64,000 nt of DNA, from assembly GCA_964016885.1 (NCBI GenBank), contig OZ024743.1, positions 120,466,001 through 120,530,000 of the forward strand. Reading direction: 5' to 3'. Below, piece after piece: positions 27,744 to 43,785 of the stretch (positions are counted from its first letter, which is position 1; each line of letters opens with the position of its first letter). The stretch comes from Eledone cirrhosa. Taxonomy: Eukaryota. The notes below the pieces were generated by a model. It searched no databases, was not told the origin of the DNA, and saw only the letters and a list, made by a program, of their open reading frames with translations. The translations under genes were made by a program, and so were the position numbers.

Positions 27744-27744
<1 letters not shown>
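27534..27744 (+). mobile_element. Family A fold-back element with A-tract centre
   Basis: ctggact-(A)n-ttagccgtcgaaacggcttgagctc. Tail on the right. Head-to-head with the previous copy across a short (TA)n. Confidence 0.88.
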
Positions 27745-27775
<31 letters not shown>

Positions 27776-28066
27776 TAGATATATATACATATATTTATAT
27801 ATTTATATATTTATATACACACAGAAGAAGGTATGACACTTATTGATAATCTAAAATATATTGTCGCTGGTTGAAATTCCGTGGAAAAGGAGACTTCGGT
27901 GATACCGAGGGCAGGTTGAGCGACTATATACACAGCTAGCGACAAGTATTCAGGGGAAGACAGAGGGGAGGTGATGTGTAGGAATGTTGGGAATATTGAG
28001 GCTATGTTCGAGGTTATTCCATCGAAGTCTTATCTGATGTTTAAACGACGTATGTATGTGTGTATG

Positions 28067-28098
<32 letters not shown>

Positions 28099-28168
28099 GA
28101 TGTATGGATGGTTGGTTGGATGGTTGGTTGGATGGATGCATGGACACATGTTTCTATTTATGTATATG

Positions 28169-28238
<70 letters not shown>

Positions 28239-28281
28239 TACACACACACATTTATTTATCTCTACCACTTTCACTCCATCA

Positions 28282-28339
<58 letters not shown>

Positions 28340-28394
28340 AAATAAGAATGCATACTTACTCTCTATATATATATAAAATAAGAATGCATACTTA

Positions 28395-28446
<52 letters not shown>

Positions 28447-28464
28447 CATACACATATATATATA

Positions 28465-28595
28465 GATCCCGCGTTAAATCGGGTGTAAACAAGGTACTCA
28501 ATACGTTACTAGAGTGAAAACATCAATATTTAATATATAAATGGCTTCTACAGGACTAGAACTGTTCCACGAGTATGAAAGCATCAGGAAAACCC
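28465..28595 (-). mobile_element. Family B hammerhead element (degenerate core)
   Basis: 'ggtactcaatac..atggcttctacaggactagaactgttcc..gaaagcatcagg'. Confidence 0.7.
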
Positions 28596-28606
28596 CATCA
28601 CTGTTG

Positions 28607-28732
<126 letters not shown>

Positions 28733-28777
28733 CCTATATATATATATATATACGTATATATATATATGTACACACAT

Positions 28778-28832
<55 letters not shown>

Positions 28833-28930
28833 TACACTAACATATATATATATATATATACGTATATATATATGTAAATATACATGTATATATATATATA
28901 TGTATTTATATATATATATATATATTATAT

Positions 28931-28996
<66 letters not shown>

Positions 28997-29030
28997 ATAT
29001 ATATTTATATATATATATATATATATATGT

Positions 29031-29080
<50 letters not shown>

Positions 29081-29194
29081 TAACATATATATATATGTAC
29101 ACACACACTAACATATATATATATACGTATATATATATGTAAATATACATGTATATATATATATATGTATTTATATATATATATATGATATGTT

Positions 29195-29235
<41 letters not shown>

Positions 29236-29241
29236 TAACAT

Positions 29242-29296
29242 AACAGATTAAAGTTTAAGCAAAGAATCGCTGTTTTCACCCTTAACGGGATCTTCT
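29242..29296 (-). repeat. Short dispersed repeat, also at 37330-37412; hammerhead-like GAAGA-T CCC..GGG T-GAAA
   Basis: gattaaagtttaagcaaagaatcgctg(t/c)tttcacccttaacgggatcttc is near-identical at both sites. Confidence 0.7.
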
Positions 29297-29444
29297 ATAT
29301 TTGATATATATTTATATATATTTATATATATATTTATATATATTTATATATATTTATATATATTTGATATATATTTATCCTTATCGGGCCCACTTTGGAT
29401 TTTAGTCTTCAAATTTATTATTATTACTATATATATATATGTAT

Positions 29445-29507
<63 letters not shown>

Positions 29508-29930
29508 CACTAACATATATATATATATATAAATATACACATTTTAATGTAGCAAACTTTACCTTTCAAAACCTACAACCTGCTTCCACATACGTCATCA
29601 ATGTCCTTGGGAAATGTATGAACGCTACAACTTACTAATATCATTCGATTGTAAATGTGGTGTATATTTATGTAGAGGTATGCTACATAGAAGTATGCCT
29701 ACATGTAGCCACTCACCCACAACCAAACACACTGTACACACATATATAAATATTTGGGTGTGAGTATGCATCTATGTAGGCATGTGGATATATAGAAATC
29801 TCTGTCTATGTATGTATGTATGTATGTATGTATGTATGTATGTATGTATGTATGTATGTATGTATGTATGTATCTATATATCTGTTTATCTATGTATTTA
29901 TCCATTTATTTCTCACATTCTTCTCTGTCA

Positions 29931-30018
<88 letters not shown>

Positions 30019-30066
30019 CATGTGTATATATATAGGAATGGATGTATGTATGTATATACGAATGTA

Positions 30067-30173
<107 letters not shown>

Positions 30174-30220
30174 GTGTGTGTATGTGTTTGTGTGTGTAAG
30201 TGTGTGAGCACGTGTGCGTG

Positions 30221-30313
<93 letters not shown>

Positions 30314-30389
30314 ATTAATACATATATATGTCCATATGCATATAGGGAAATAATAGCGTGTAACTGTTTAAGTTTGCATTTCTGTATGT

Positions 30390-30662
30390 TGTTTGTATGT
30401 ATGTATGTTAGTATGAATGTATGTATATATATTTTTTGTATGTATATATGTATGTATGTATGTTAGTATGAATGTATGTATATATATATTTGTTTGTATG
30501 TATATATATATGTATGTTAGTATGAATGTATGTATATATGTATGTTAGTATGAATGTATGTATGTATATTTGTTTGTATGTATATATGTATGTATGTATG
30601 TATGTATGTGTGTGTATGTATGTATGTATGTGTGTGTATGTATGTATGTATGTATGTATGTA

Positions 30663-30693
<31 letters not shown>

Positions 30694-30718
30694 ATGTATG
30701 TATGTATGTATGTATGTA

Positions 30719-30749
<31 letters not shown>

Positions 30750-30826
30750 ATGTATGTATGTATGTATGTATGTATGTCTGTCTGTCTGTCTGTCTGTCTG
30801 TATGTATGTATGTATGTATGTATGTA

Positions 30827-30857
<31 letters not shown>

Positions 30858-30870
30858 ATGTATGTATGTA

Positions 30871-30905
<35 letters not shown>

Positions 30906-31002
30906 ATGTATGTATGTATGTATGTATGTATGTATGTATGTCTGTCTGTCTGTCTGTCTGTATGTATGTATGTATGTATGTATGTATGTATGTATGTGTA
31001 TG
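30390..31002. repeat. Long compound (TATG)n/(TCTG)n microsatellite
   Basis: Direct inspection. Confidence 0.95.
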
Positions 31003-31372
31003 TCTCTAAACTATAGAATATATTTGTATTTCGGCTCAGTGTAGAAGAAATTAAGCCAGAGTAAGGAGCGAGATAAAAGCATACTTTCCATTAAACACTG
31101 AAGCGCAAAGCTTATGTTAATGTCGCAATTTTATAGAATTTTATAGAATTATTCTTTGGAAAATAGTGTGGAAACAGCAAAGAAATGTGTAAAGGCGACA
31201 TTGTTTGGTAGAATTTTGTGGTTAATCGCTGGGAAAATATTCAGATTTCCAGCAAGAAAAGAAATGTTTGGCAATGCTTAGTCAAGTTCAACATTACCTT
31301 TTAGTAATTTTGTGTGTGCGCACGAATATACATACATACATACTTACATACATACATACATAGATATTATAT

Positions 31373-31423
<51 letters not shown>

Positions 31424-31539
31424 TATATTATATACACATACACAAAAACACACTCACACATATATATATATATATATATACATATGGGAAAGTGAGTGTA
31501 TGTATTGTGTATGTGTAAACAATATAATATATATATATG

Positions 31540-31650
<111 letters not shown>

Positions 31651-31664
31651 TACACATACACATT

Positions 31665-31701
<37 letters not shown>

Positions 31702-32339
31702 AATGCACACACACAAATATATATATATATATATATAATATATCTAGAGATTGGTAAATGATATTAAGCACGGAACTCCAGGCTTTGAGCCCCTGATGTA
31801 GCTTTGTAGCTAAAACAATGTATGCATACATGTTCATGTATGCACACACATGCATGTTTACACATGTATATACTCATATACACTCACACATACAGTAGTT
31901 ATATAAATGCAGGTGGTGGAGTTGCTTGGTGGTTGTGTATGCGTTATGTATATGTGCCATACATATATACATACATTCGTACATACATACATACATACAT
32001 ATATACATACCTACATACACACATATATATATGTGTGTTTTTGTGCTTACACAAACTTACATACATACACACACATTTATATATACATGTATATATATGT
32101 GTATATATCACTCTATATATATATGCATAAATATATGTACACACACATTTATATATACATGTATATATGTGTGTATATATCACTCTATATATATATGCAT
32201 AAATATATGTACACACACATTTATATATAGATGTATATATGTGTGTATATATATCTCTCTCTCTATATATATGCATAAATATATGTACACACATATATAT
32301 ATATATATATGTACATACATACATATATACAGATATTCA

Positions 32340-32396
<57 letters not shown>

Positions 32397-32418
32397 ATAT
32401 ATATATACATACACACAC

Positions 32419-32508
<90 letters not shown>

Positions 32509-32774
32509 ATGTAGGTAACTACAGGTTCATCGTGTTGTTATATATAAAACGGTGGAGTCTGTTGTAGTATAAAAGTATACTTATTGATAGCTGTATTTTC
32601 GTGAAACTCCGTCTAGAAACTCCGAATAGCGACTCACGAAGACTCAGATTTAAACACAAGCACACACCCATACGCACATATGTATACAAATGTGTTTTAG
32701 AACGCGAGGGCGCGTTTGTATGTGATACATATGCGTATGTGTGTTCGTGTATGTGTTGTGTTTAGATGTTCGTT

Positions 32775-32819
<45 letters not shown>

Positions 32820-33469
32820 GTGTGTTTATTCCTATGTATGTTCGTGTGTCTTAGTGCGTTAGTGCGTGTGCTTGTGTGATTGTGTGTGCGTGTGTGTGTT
32901 TGTTTGTGTGTGTGTGTGTGAGTATGTATGTGTGTGTTTGTTTGCGTGTATGTGTTTCTGTGTGTACACCCACTCAATATAGATATGAAAACGTGTAAGA
33001 AAGCGAATGAATGAATGAATGAATGAAAGTATAAAGATGGACGGAAAATGGAATTGTTATTAAGTACATAGAATAAATAGAACATTCCAAAGAATGATAG
33101 GTAGAGAGAATGAACTGTGAAGTAACAGTGAGGGTGTTGTATGCAGAGAGATAGAGATAAGTATCAACCAGCATTAATGCATACATTAACTGAGTCCATC
33201 ATAAAAAAATTTTCTGTGTGCCTTTTCTGTAATATTGTTCTCTATATATTACCTTTTATATCTGAATATTTTTCACAAAAATCCTTATCTAACGGCTTCA
33301 AGTGAATAATAAAAAAATAATAAATAGCTTATCGTTAATTATTCCCTCTATATTGAATGTTATAAGACATCTCCCACCAACTTTTCCTTGCATCATTTTT
33401 AAGGAGCTGTAATGTTTGTTTCATTTCAAAATATAAAAATATTACTACCACTTGCTCTCAGTGTGTTCT

Positions 33470-34076
33470 TGTCGTTGTAATCATTGTCATTGTCGTCGTG
33501 TCGTCGTGTCGTCGTCGTCGTCGTCGGTGTCGTCGTTGTTGTCGTCATCATCATTGTCATCGTCATCATCGTCATCGTCATAAACATTATTGTCACTTTC
33601 ACCGAAGCTACTAACGCTTTCGTCTTCATTGGAATTATCATTTCCACCACTTCCACCACCTTAAGCCAGTCTTCCCTCACCTCCATCACTACCATCACTG
33701 CAGCCATAGCCAATACCCACCACAACTACCACTATAATTATAAGCTCTACTGTAATCATCATAATCAGAAGAGCAGCAGGATCACCAACACCGCCACCAC
33801 CACCACCGCCACCGCCACCGTCACCACCGCCGCCATCATATATACTAACATTGCTGCTATTACAAATATTACCTTGTTTCATCAGCTATGTTTTCATAAT
33901 TCGATAACCACCTATATTCCTAATGGAGCTCTTATTATCGCCGTCGCCGCCACCACCATCGTCGTCGTCGACGCCATCATCGTCATCATCAGCATCAACA
34001 TCATCAGCATCAGCATCAGCATTATCACCTTCATTATCATCATCCCCATCCTTATCCCCCTCCTCCTCCTCCTCCA

Positions 34077-34130
<54 letters not shown>

Positions 34131-34295
34131 TCTTATGATCACTACCACCATCATCGTCGCCGTTGTCGCAGACCCCTCCTCAATAGCAATAACTATAAAA
34201 GATATGTGCTGTTTAGTCTAACCTTACTGTTGTTTCTGCTGTTGCTGCTACAGCTGCTGCTGTTGATTCTATTCTTGCTGCTGCTTCTGATGATG
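33470..34295. repeat. Degenerate trinucleotide array (GTC/CAT/CAC/GCT)
   Basis: Runs of gtc, cat, cac, gct. Gives a 245-aa low-complexity pseudo-ORF. Confidence 0.9.
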
Positions 34296-34430
34296 TGGCG
34301 GCACTCGTCTGTAATGTATAGTGCGGCGGCGGGCGATAAACATGAATTACGGCAGTAGCTGGGCGCTCATACCGCCACAACCGATCTCGACAGCGGTGCG
34401 GCCTTACGCAGAAGGGCGCCCCTGAAAGCT
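34290..34430 (+). promoter_or_regulatory. GC/CpG-rich non-repetitive patch, candidate promoter or 5'UTR
   Basis: Dense CpG (gcggcggcgggcga, gacagcggtgcggcc, gggcgcccc) in an AT-rich window, 160-300 bp upstream of a candidate first coding exon. Confidence 0.4.
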
Positions 34431-34593
34431 GTTTTTAAACAATTGTGAACAGCTAAATGCCACTGTCTTCTCCGATACAAAAAGGACTAGTGGATGACCT
34501 CAGTAATACAGTGGAGCTGGTCTTTAGCATTTACATGGCACCTCCCTTTCGGACTAACAACCGGTTGAAAATACAAATTCTACATATTCCACG

Positions 34594-34669
34594 ATGCGTC
34601 TCCCCATGACATCTGTAGGAAGGGCATTGTTTCTTGTCGTGCTTGTATATGCCCAAGTGAATTTACAAG
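34594..34669 (+). CDS. Candidate first coding exon encoding a signal peptide (secreted or membrane protein); downstream exons not identified
   Basis: ATG..MRLPMTSVGRALFLVVLVYAQVNLQ-G followed by a consensus donor AAG|GTAAGC (phase 1). Basic n-region then hydrophobic h-region. Confidence 0.5.
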
Positions 34670-35440
34670 GTAAGCCTCTTTACCCAATATCTTGACATGC
34701 CTAGTTATTGCCAAAAACAAAAAACAAAAAAAAGAAGAAAAATGTGAAAAAATAAAGAAAATAAAATTTTCCCCATTTAAATTTGAGTACACAATATAAA
34801 AGGTAAAAGGTAAAATAAAGAAATTACAGTTTGAATATATATAATATTGTTATAAAAAGAAAAATTATTTATGAGAGAATCAGAGACAGAAAATAAAATC
34901 GAAACGAAATATAAGGAAATGAAAAAAAATAAAGGCGGGGAGTTCTAAAGAGGGTGTGGAGTAGAAGGGCTGAAAAATCACAAGTGAAATTCAGTTATGT
35001 AGAAATAAAACCGGGATTTCTATATATTATTTCATTTCAAATTATTTTTGTTACTGATGTATTCAATTTTATAAGTAATGGTTATCAATTTTAATTCTTG
35101 TTTTATTTCTGAATTTGAGATTTATATCTGAAATATCGTAGAAAAATTGAATTCATAAAAATGGAAGGTTGAATTGAAATTCTGAGATATTAAAATGTCA
35201 AAGAAAGAGAGCATATACAAAGTGAGAGAGGAACATATAGAGATAGAGGTATATAGATAAATATTGTGTGTAAAAGGGAGTGATGTGTAATATAAGAGAT
35301 ATATAGATTAAGAGAGTGAGGGAAAGTAAGAGAAAGTGTGTTAGAGAGTGAGAAAGAGTAAGAGAGCGAGTGAGAAAGAGGGTAACAGGGAGTGGGAGGG
35401 TGAAAGTGGGAGAGGCAGAAAGAGAGGGAGTGAGATAGAG

Positions 35441-35489
<49 letters not shown>

Positions 35490-35689
35490 AAAAGTGTGTG
35501 ATACCAAATGAGAAACAAGAGAAATGTGCGATAGATTTTACTTGTTGCAGATATTTTAAAATATGTTCAGAAATTCTAAATGAATTCTTAAAAGAAAAGT
35601 GAATCATTTCCATATTAAACAAAATGAAAAAATATTTAAAGAAAAGAATATGACTGTGTTTCTTATCCCCCCCACACACATAGGTGTGC

Positions 35690-35730
<41 letters not shown>

Positions 35731-35733
<3 letters not shown>

Positions 35734-35900
35734 TGAGATTCCGTTATAACGAAATTCACGGGGTAAAAAAATTCGTTGTAACGAAAAATTCTTTATAACG
35801 AGATCGATCTAACACATCGAGCGTGTGGCCGGGGATTGAAAAATCTCGTCATACTGAAAAATTCGTTATAATGATATTCGTTATAACGGAATTTTACCTG
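35731..35900. mobile_element. Tc1/mariner pogo/Tigger-type MITE in (TA)n
   Basis: TIRs cagtgagattccgttataacga / tcgttataacggaattttacctg, TA on both sides, internal ttcgttataacg repeats. Confidence 0.85.
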
Positions 35901-36237
35901 TATATATATGTCTCTATCTATCTATCTATCTACCTATCTATATGTATGTGTATGTTTGTGTGTAGGTTAACATATATATATATATACACATATAAACATA
36001 TGTGTGTATGTATATACTTATGGTGTGTATGTGTGTGTGTGTAGGTTAACATATATATATATATATATACACATATAAACATATGTGTGTATGTATATAC
36101 TTATGCATATGCATATAAACATACGGAAGATGTTAAGACTGACTTTTCTGGTGGCAGATATTCAGTAATTCAATCAAATATTTAGCAACGTGTTGTCAGG
36201 CGTTTGATCAAACCACAATAAAAATCATTCTAATCTT

Positions 36238-36277
<40 letters not shown>

Positions 36278-36279
36278 GC

Positions 36280-36394
<115 letters not shown>

Positions 36395-36539
36395 TATATA
36401 CATATACATATACATATATACACATAGATACATAATATAAAATATATAATATATATATATACACACACACATACATAGATATTCACATATAAATATATAT
36501 GAATGTGAGTGTGTGAGTGTCTCTAACTGGATATATATT

Positions 36540-36805
36540 AAAAGGCACTCCGTCGGTTACAACGACAAGTGTTCCAGCTGATACGATCAACTGAACACAG
36601 CCTGCTCGGCAAAATTAACATGTAAGTGGCTGAGCATTTCAGAGTTACGTGTACCTTTAACGTAATTTTTAGGGACACAGAATGTGAGTATATAAGTGGA
36701 CTGAAGCATCGTGAAATAAAGTGACATGCTCAAGGGCACATGGCACGCCGGGAATCGAACTCATGACCTTACGATCTTGAGCCGAATACCGTAACCATAC
36801 AGCTT
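36540..36805 (-). mobile_element. tRNA-derived CORE-type SINE (resembles octopus OR-like families)
   Basis: Minus strand: tggttacggtattcggc..gagttcgattccc (B-box), then CORE-like gtgcccttgagcatgtcacttt. Confidence 0.8.
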
Positions 36806-36850
36806 CACACACACACACACACACAAACACAGAAATATATTATATATATG

Positions 36851-36987
<137 letters not shown>

Positions 36988-37112
36988 ATATATATATATG
37001 AATATTTATCTATCTGTCAATATATTAATCTATCAATCTATTTTCTTTTTCTCACTCGTTATCTCTCTCCATATATACATACGTATATATATAATTATAT
37101 GTATATACATAC

Positions 37113-37229
<117 letters not shown>

Positions 37230-37329
37230 ATTACATAAACTTATATATTGATATATATGTCTAAATGAACAGACATACACATATACACACACACATATAT
37301 ATATGTATATATATATATATAAAAATAAA

Positions 37330-37409
37330 AGATTAAAGTTTAAGCAAAGAATCGCTGCTTTCACCCTTAACGGGATCTTCCATTAAGGGTGAAAGCAGCG
37401 ATTTTTTGC

Positions 37410-37412
<3 letters not shown>
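37330..37412. mobile_element. Fold-back copy of the 29242 repeat in (TA)n
   Basis: taagcaaagaatcgctgctttcacccttaa / ttaagggtgaaagcagcgattttttgctta. Confidence 0.7.
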
Positions 37413-37474
<62 letters not shown>

Positions 37475-37672
37475 TGGGTATGAGTCCCTGGTTCAAACAG
37501 GGGTACCACAGTTAGTAAGGTACATTAGTAGAGAGAAAAGTTCTTGTTTAAAAAAAGGAATGGCTTCTACATGATTAGATATGTTTCATTCAAAAGAAAT
37601 CATCAGGTAAACTTTCCAGATGATTTCTTTTGAATGAAAAGTTCTAGTCGTGTAGAATACATTTCTTAAACA
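37475..37672 (-). mobile_element. Family B palindromic hammerhead element
   Basis: Two opposed copies of tgatttcttttgaatgaaa. The minus arm has core CTGATGA..GAAA-CAT..ATG-TA, with weak stem I. Confidence 0.75.
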
Positions 37673-37683
37673 TGTATTAAACA

Positions 37684-37791
<108 letters not shown>

Positions 37792-37828
37792 GTGTGTGTA
37801 TATATATATATGTATATATATATATATG

Positions 37829-37904
<76 letters not shown>

Positions 37905-37967
37905 TATATATATATACATACGATATTAAATAAATGGAAACTATATTTATAAAACCATATTTATTTC

Positions 37968-38022
37968 ATTATACATATTTCAGGGATACCAAATTAAAAT
38001 ATGGCATGCCTTCGTCAGATAA
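37968..38022 (-). ncRNA. Degenerate hammerhead-like motif
   Basis: Minus strand: CTGACGA-aggcatgcca..tggtatccct-GAAA-tatg-TA. Long imperfect stem II. Confidence 0.45.
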
Positions 38023-38756
38023 AATACAATATATAAACAGTTTTATAAATAATTTTGACGTACCCTATTATAAGTGACCATTATTTTTGGAAGCTGTCTG
38101 GATATATACATATGTATATATACCTGATATATTAGGTTATAAACATATATATATATATATATATTTAATTACATATGTATATATATATATTTACATATGT
38201 ATATATATATATATTTACATATATATATATATTTACATATGTATATATATATTTACATATGTATATATATATATTTACATATGTATGTATATATATTTAC
38301 ATATATATATATTTATATATATATTTACATATGTATATATATATATATATTTACATATGTATATATACATATACTTGCGACAGATGCATGGTACGTTTAC
38401 TATTTTTACGAAATTCCTGTCATATTTTATGTGTAATATTGCATGATTAAATTTCTACACACACGCATATATTCATGCGTGTACATGTGCATATTCAAAT
38501 TATACCATGGAAGAGATTCTATCCAGTGAAACTGTGTCAGTGACCAGGTGACAAGCACGGCGACCACTACTGTGACACGAAAAAATACATGCCAAATGTT
38601 ATTTTGTTTTTTTTTATAGTAATAAAAATGTAATTTCTTTAGTTTTAACACATGCGTTCTCAAATGTCATTGACTTACAATTGTATCTTTTAATCATGTA
38701 TATTCATTTGTGTATCTTTTTTTTTACAGAGATGCAGACACATACAGACATATGTA

Positions 38757-38830
<74 letters not shown>

Positions 38831-38877
38831 TATATATATGTAGATATATATGTAAATATATATATGTATATATATAT

Positions 38878-38915
<38 letters not shown>

Positions 38916-39154
38916 TATATATATGTAGATATATATGTAAATATATATATGTATATATATATATTGTATATATATAAATATATATATGTATATATATATA
39001 TGTATATATATTTCCGTTTACCAATATATCATAACTCGTGTGTTACACCTCTATTCTTTAAAATATATATATATATATATCTATGTATGTATGTATATAT
39101 CTCTTTATTATGGATATTATTCATATAATTTCTATATATTATCTATTTATCTCT

Positions 39155-39338
<184 letters not shown>

Positions 39339-39402
39339 TCATAGATGAATGAAACAGAGCAACCACATAGATGCAAAATTACAAAGTGATATATACAAAG
39401 GC

Positions 39403-39520
<118 letters not shown>

Positions 39521-39537
39521 ATGTATATATATATATG

Positions 39538-39608
<71 letters not shown>

Positions 39609-39699
39609 GTATGTATATATATGTATATATATATGTATATATATATGTATACAAATATGTATGTATATGCATATATATCTATCTATCTATATATCTATA

Positions 39700-39818
<119 letters not shown>

Positions 39819-39934
39819 GTATATATGTATACATTACATAATATGTATATATATATTTATATATATATACAAATAATATACAAACATATATATGTATTCA
39901 TAGGTATATTTGTATTCGTATATATTCACATGTA

Positions 39935-39981
<47 letters not shown>

Positions 39982-40180
39982 TTATTCATAAATATGTATA
40001 TATATATATACATACATACACATATATATATTCATATATATACATATACACTTTCAGTCTTTTATCTGAGGCCATGCTGTGGCACCTTCCTTATATATAT
40101 AAGCGGATTTCTAATGTGACCACTCTTGAAAAGTACTCAATATGTTAGTAGAGTGTAGAAACAATTATTATTTTAGAGAA

Positions 40181-40249
<69 letters not shown>

Positions 40250-40275
40250 AATATATAAATATGTAAATATATATA

Positions 40276-40355
<80 letters not shown>

Positions 40356-40429
40356 CACACATCACACATATACACAGAAACACACACACAACCATATATA
40401 TATATATTCATACACATACGCACACACAT

Positions 40430-40700
40430 TATTACGGTTGGACTATCCTCTGAAATCGGATGCGAACCACTGTTAGAAAGGTACTCAATACGTTTGTAGA
40501 ATACAAACAATTATTTTATATGGAAGTGACCTTTACAGGACTAGATCTGTTTCATTCGTAAGAAATCATCAGGAGTTTCGAATGACACAGTTCGAGTCCT
40601 GTAAATATCATTACCATATAAAATAATTGTTTATATTCTAGAAAAGTATTGAGTACCTTTTTAACTCTGCTTACCTCCTGGTATCCATTGGATATCCGCT
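40430..40700. mobile_element. Family B palindromic hammerhead element with tails on both arms
   Basis: aggtactcaatac..aaacaattattttatatgg..tacaggact / agtcctgta..ccatataaaataattgttt..gtattgagtacct. A tail-only relative lies at 40085-40180. Confidence 0.78.
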
Positions 40701-40709
40701 CATAATAAT

Positions 40710-40870
40710 GAGGCCATCAATACCCAGTACATTACTGGTACTTTATTTTATTGACCCCGTAAGGATGAAGGACAAAGTTAACCTCGGCGGTATTTGAACT
40801 CAGAATGGCAAGGGCCGTAACTCAATGCCTCAAAGCATGGCGTCTGACCCTCTACCGATACTGCCAATCC
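40710..40870 (-). mobile_element. tRNA-derived SINE
   Basis: Near-colinear with 14911-15101. A truncated tail copy lies at 41001-41058. Confidence 0.85.
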
Positions 40871-41104
40871 AATAATAATAATAATCATTTCATTTATTGG
40901 CCACAGGGGCCGACATGTAGGGGACAATACAAAGACAGGGATAGTAGGGGTTTACAATAAGGTCGAGTAAAAGTGCACAATGGCAAGACTAATAATAATA
41001 ATTGTTTCTACTTTATGCACAAGGCCAGCAATTACCCAGTGCATTACTGGTACTTTATATAATAATAATAATAATAATAATAGTAATAGTAATAATAATA
41101 ATAA

Positions 41105-41356
41105 TGATTTCTTTGTTAACCACAAGGGTTTACATAAAGTAGACATTAAGGACAGTGCAGGACAATACAGGACGGTACTAATGGGCATTTCTGCGTGTAA
41201 AAAACAAAAACAGAGGATGTAACAAAAAAATAACAATGAAAAATTCCCCAATAGGGGGGAGACTTCGGAGGGACATTTGTGGAGAAAGCCCAGTAAAAGG
41301 CCACAGTGACCCTGACCACCAGGGCAAGTGCCCTCTCCCAGTTTTCCACCTTTCCA

Positions 41357-41357
<1 letters not shown>
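41105..41357 (-). mobile_element. Probable LINE 3' UTR fragment between (TAA)n tracts
   Basis: Starts 'atttctttgttaaccacaaggg..ggacaatacaggac'. A similar piece lies at 40885-40945. Flanked by (TAA)n. Confidence 0.4.
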
Positions 41358-41400
<43 letters not shown>

Positions 41401-41424
41401 GATAATAATAAAGATAATAACAAT

Positions 41425-41489
41425 TACCCTATGTATCGAGTACTCTGGTGCGTAATGGTCCACCTGGTATCTTACCACACCTTCTTTGT

Positions 41490-41490
<1 letters not shown>
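41425..41490 (+). mobile_element. Family A tail only
   Basis: taccctatgtatcgagtactctggtgcgtaatggtccacctgg..ttaccacacc then (TA)n. Confidence 0.8.
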
Positions 41491-41529
<39 letters not shown>

Positions 41530-41729
41530 AGTGTGTGTGTGTATGTGTCTGTGTGTACATATATGTATGTATGTACGTGTGAGTGTATATTTTAGAAGAA
41601 ATATCTATATCTATATTATATATATATATAAAGATACGTATATCTATCTATCTGTCTGTCTATCTACCTATCTCTTTTTTCTCTTTCTCTTTCTCTCCTT
41701 ATATATATACAAATATATATATATATATA

Positions 41730-41965
<236 letters not shown>

Positions 41966-42039
41966 TTTGTATATATATATATATGTATGTATATATATAT
42001 ATATATATATTTGTATATATATATATATATGTATGTATA

Positions 42040-42074
<35 letters not shown>

Positions 42075-42091
42075 TTGTATATATATATATG

Positions 42092-42212
<121 letters not shown>

Positions 42213-42355
42213 ATATATAAATGCACACTCTCTCTCACACAAACACACTCACATTTATATTATATATATTATCCATATATGCAATATATATATACCTACA
42301 CGCGTACACACACACACGCAAACTCAAACAGAAACACACACTCATACACACACAT

Positions 42356-42408
<53 letters not shown>

Positions 42409-42538
42409 ATATATTGTATAGAAATTACTTCTATATCAGAATTATTCATATACAGCTACAGCTACCAATCTATCTCTCCATACGCATACTTAAGTCCATA
42501 CATACATACATACATACATACATACATACATACATACA

Positions 42539-42571
<33 letters not shown>

Positions 42572-42702
42572 GTGTACATACATGCATACATACATACATA
42601 CATACATGTGTGCATTCATACGTATATGTGTACATTCATACATACATACAGACAGACATACATGCATACATACATACAACATACATACATACATATATAC
42701 AT

Positions 42703-42912
42703 ATTGGACCAAAGTATGACTGAACTTGGATTTGCGGACAAAAAGCGCAGCCCCCTAATTCATAGTCTACAAATGGCTGCGATAGCTGGCACCTTCAAAA
42801 TTTGCAAAACATTCTTGCGATTCAAGGGATGACAATTTCTTCTCTTTTACAACCTTGCCACCAGGAAGGTGGCCGGTCAAAAAAAATATACTCGAAATTA
42901 AGAGAAAGAGAT
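42703..42912 (+). mobile_element. Young 5'-truncated 3' end of R4/Dong-like LINE inside (CATA)n
   Basis: ORF end ELGFADKKRSPLIHSLQMAAIAGTFKICKTFLRFKG* followed by an ~80-nt 3'UTR. (CATA)n on both sides. Confidence 0.7.
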
Positions 42913-43391
42913 AATACATACATACATACATACATACATACATACATACATACATACATACAGACAGACAGACAGACAGACAGACACACATACATACACA
43001 CTTACATGTACGCACGTTCACTCATACACGTTTATGAATGCATACCAATATACTGAGTAGAGTTATCTGCTGCAGTTACTTTGATCCACCTATCTGAAAA
43101 CGATTATCAGCAGCAACTTGTTTTACGTTCGCATGGACTTGGTACCATCTTCAATTGGAAATCTGTCACTTAAAACCATGTGAAGCCAGAGCATGCCCTG
43201 ATTCTTGTTCAACGTTTCTTGAATGTCTAACGAACCAGGATAATAATTGGTATACATATATACATTACTTTCAAACATGTATACAGACATAAACACATAC
43301 ATACATACATGCATATATTACTTCCACACATGCATACATCCACATATATCCATCCACACTAACTCACACATATATATAATGAAATTGTTTA

Positions 43392-43489
<98 letters not shown>

Positions 43490-43515
43490 TATATATATAT
43501 ATATATATATAAATA

Positions 43516-43580
<65 letters not shown>

Positions 43581-43617
43581 GTATATATATATATATAAAT
43601 GTATATATATAAATATA

Positions 43618-43691
<74 letters not shown>

Positions 43692-43707
43692 TATATATAT
43701 AAATATA

Positions 43708-43785
<78 letters not shown>

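Noticed and set aside
33484-34221. 245-aa hydrophobic ORF resembling a membrane protein
   Set aside because: Product of degenerate trinucleotide repeats. Other frames give poly-S, poly-D or poly-M.
34400-34425. CTCF-like motif cgcagaagggcgcc
   Set aside because: Only a partial match judged by eye, and cannot be supported without a PWM score or ChIP data.
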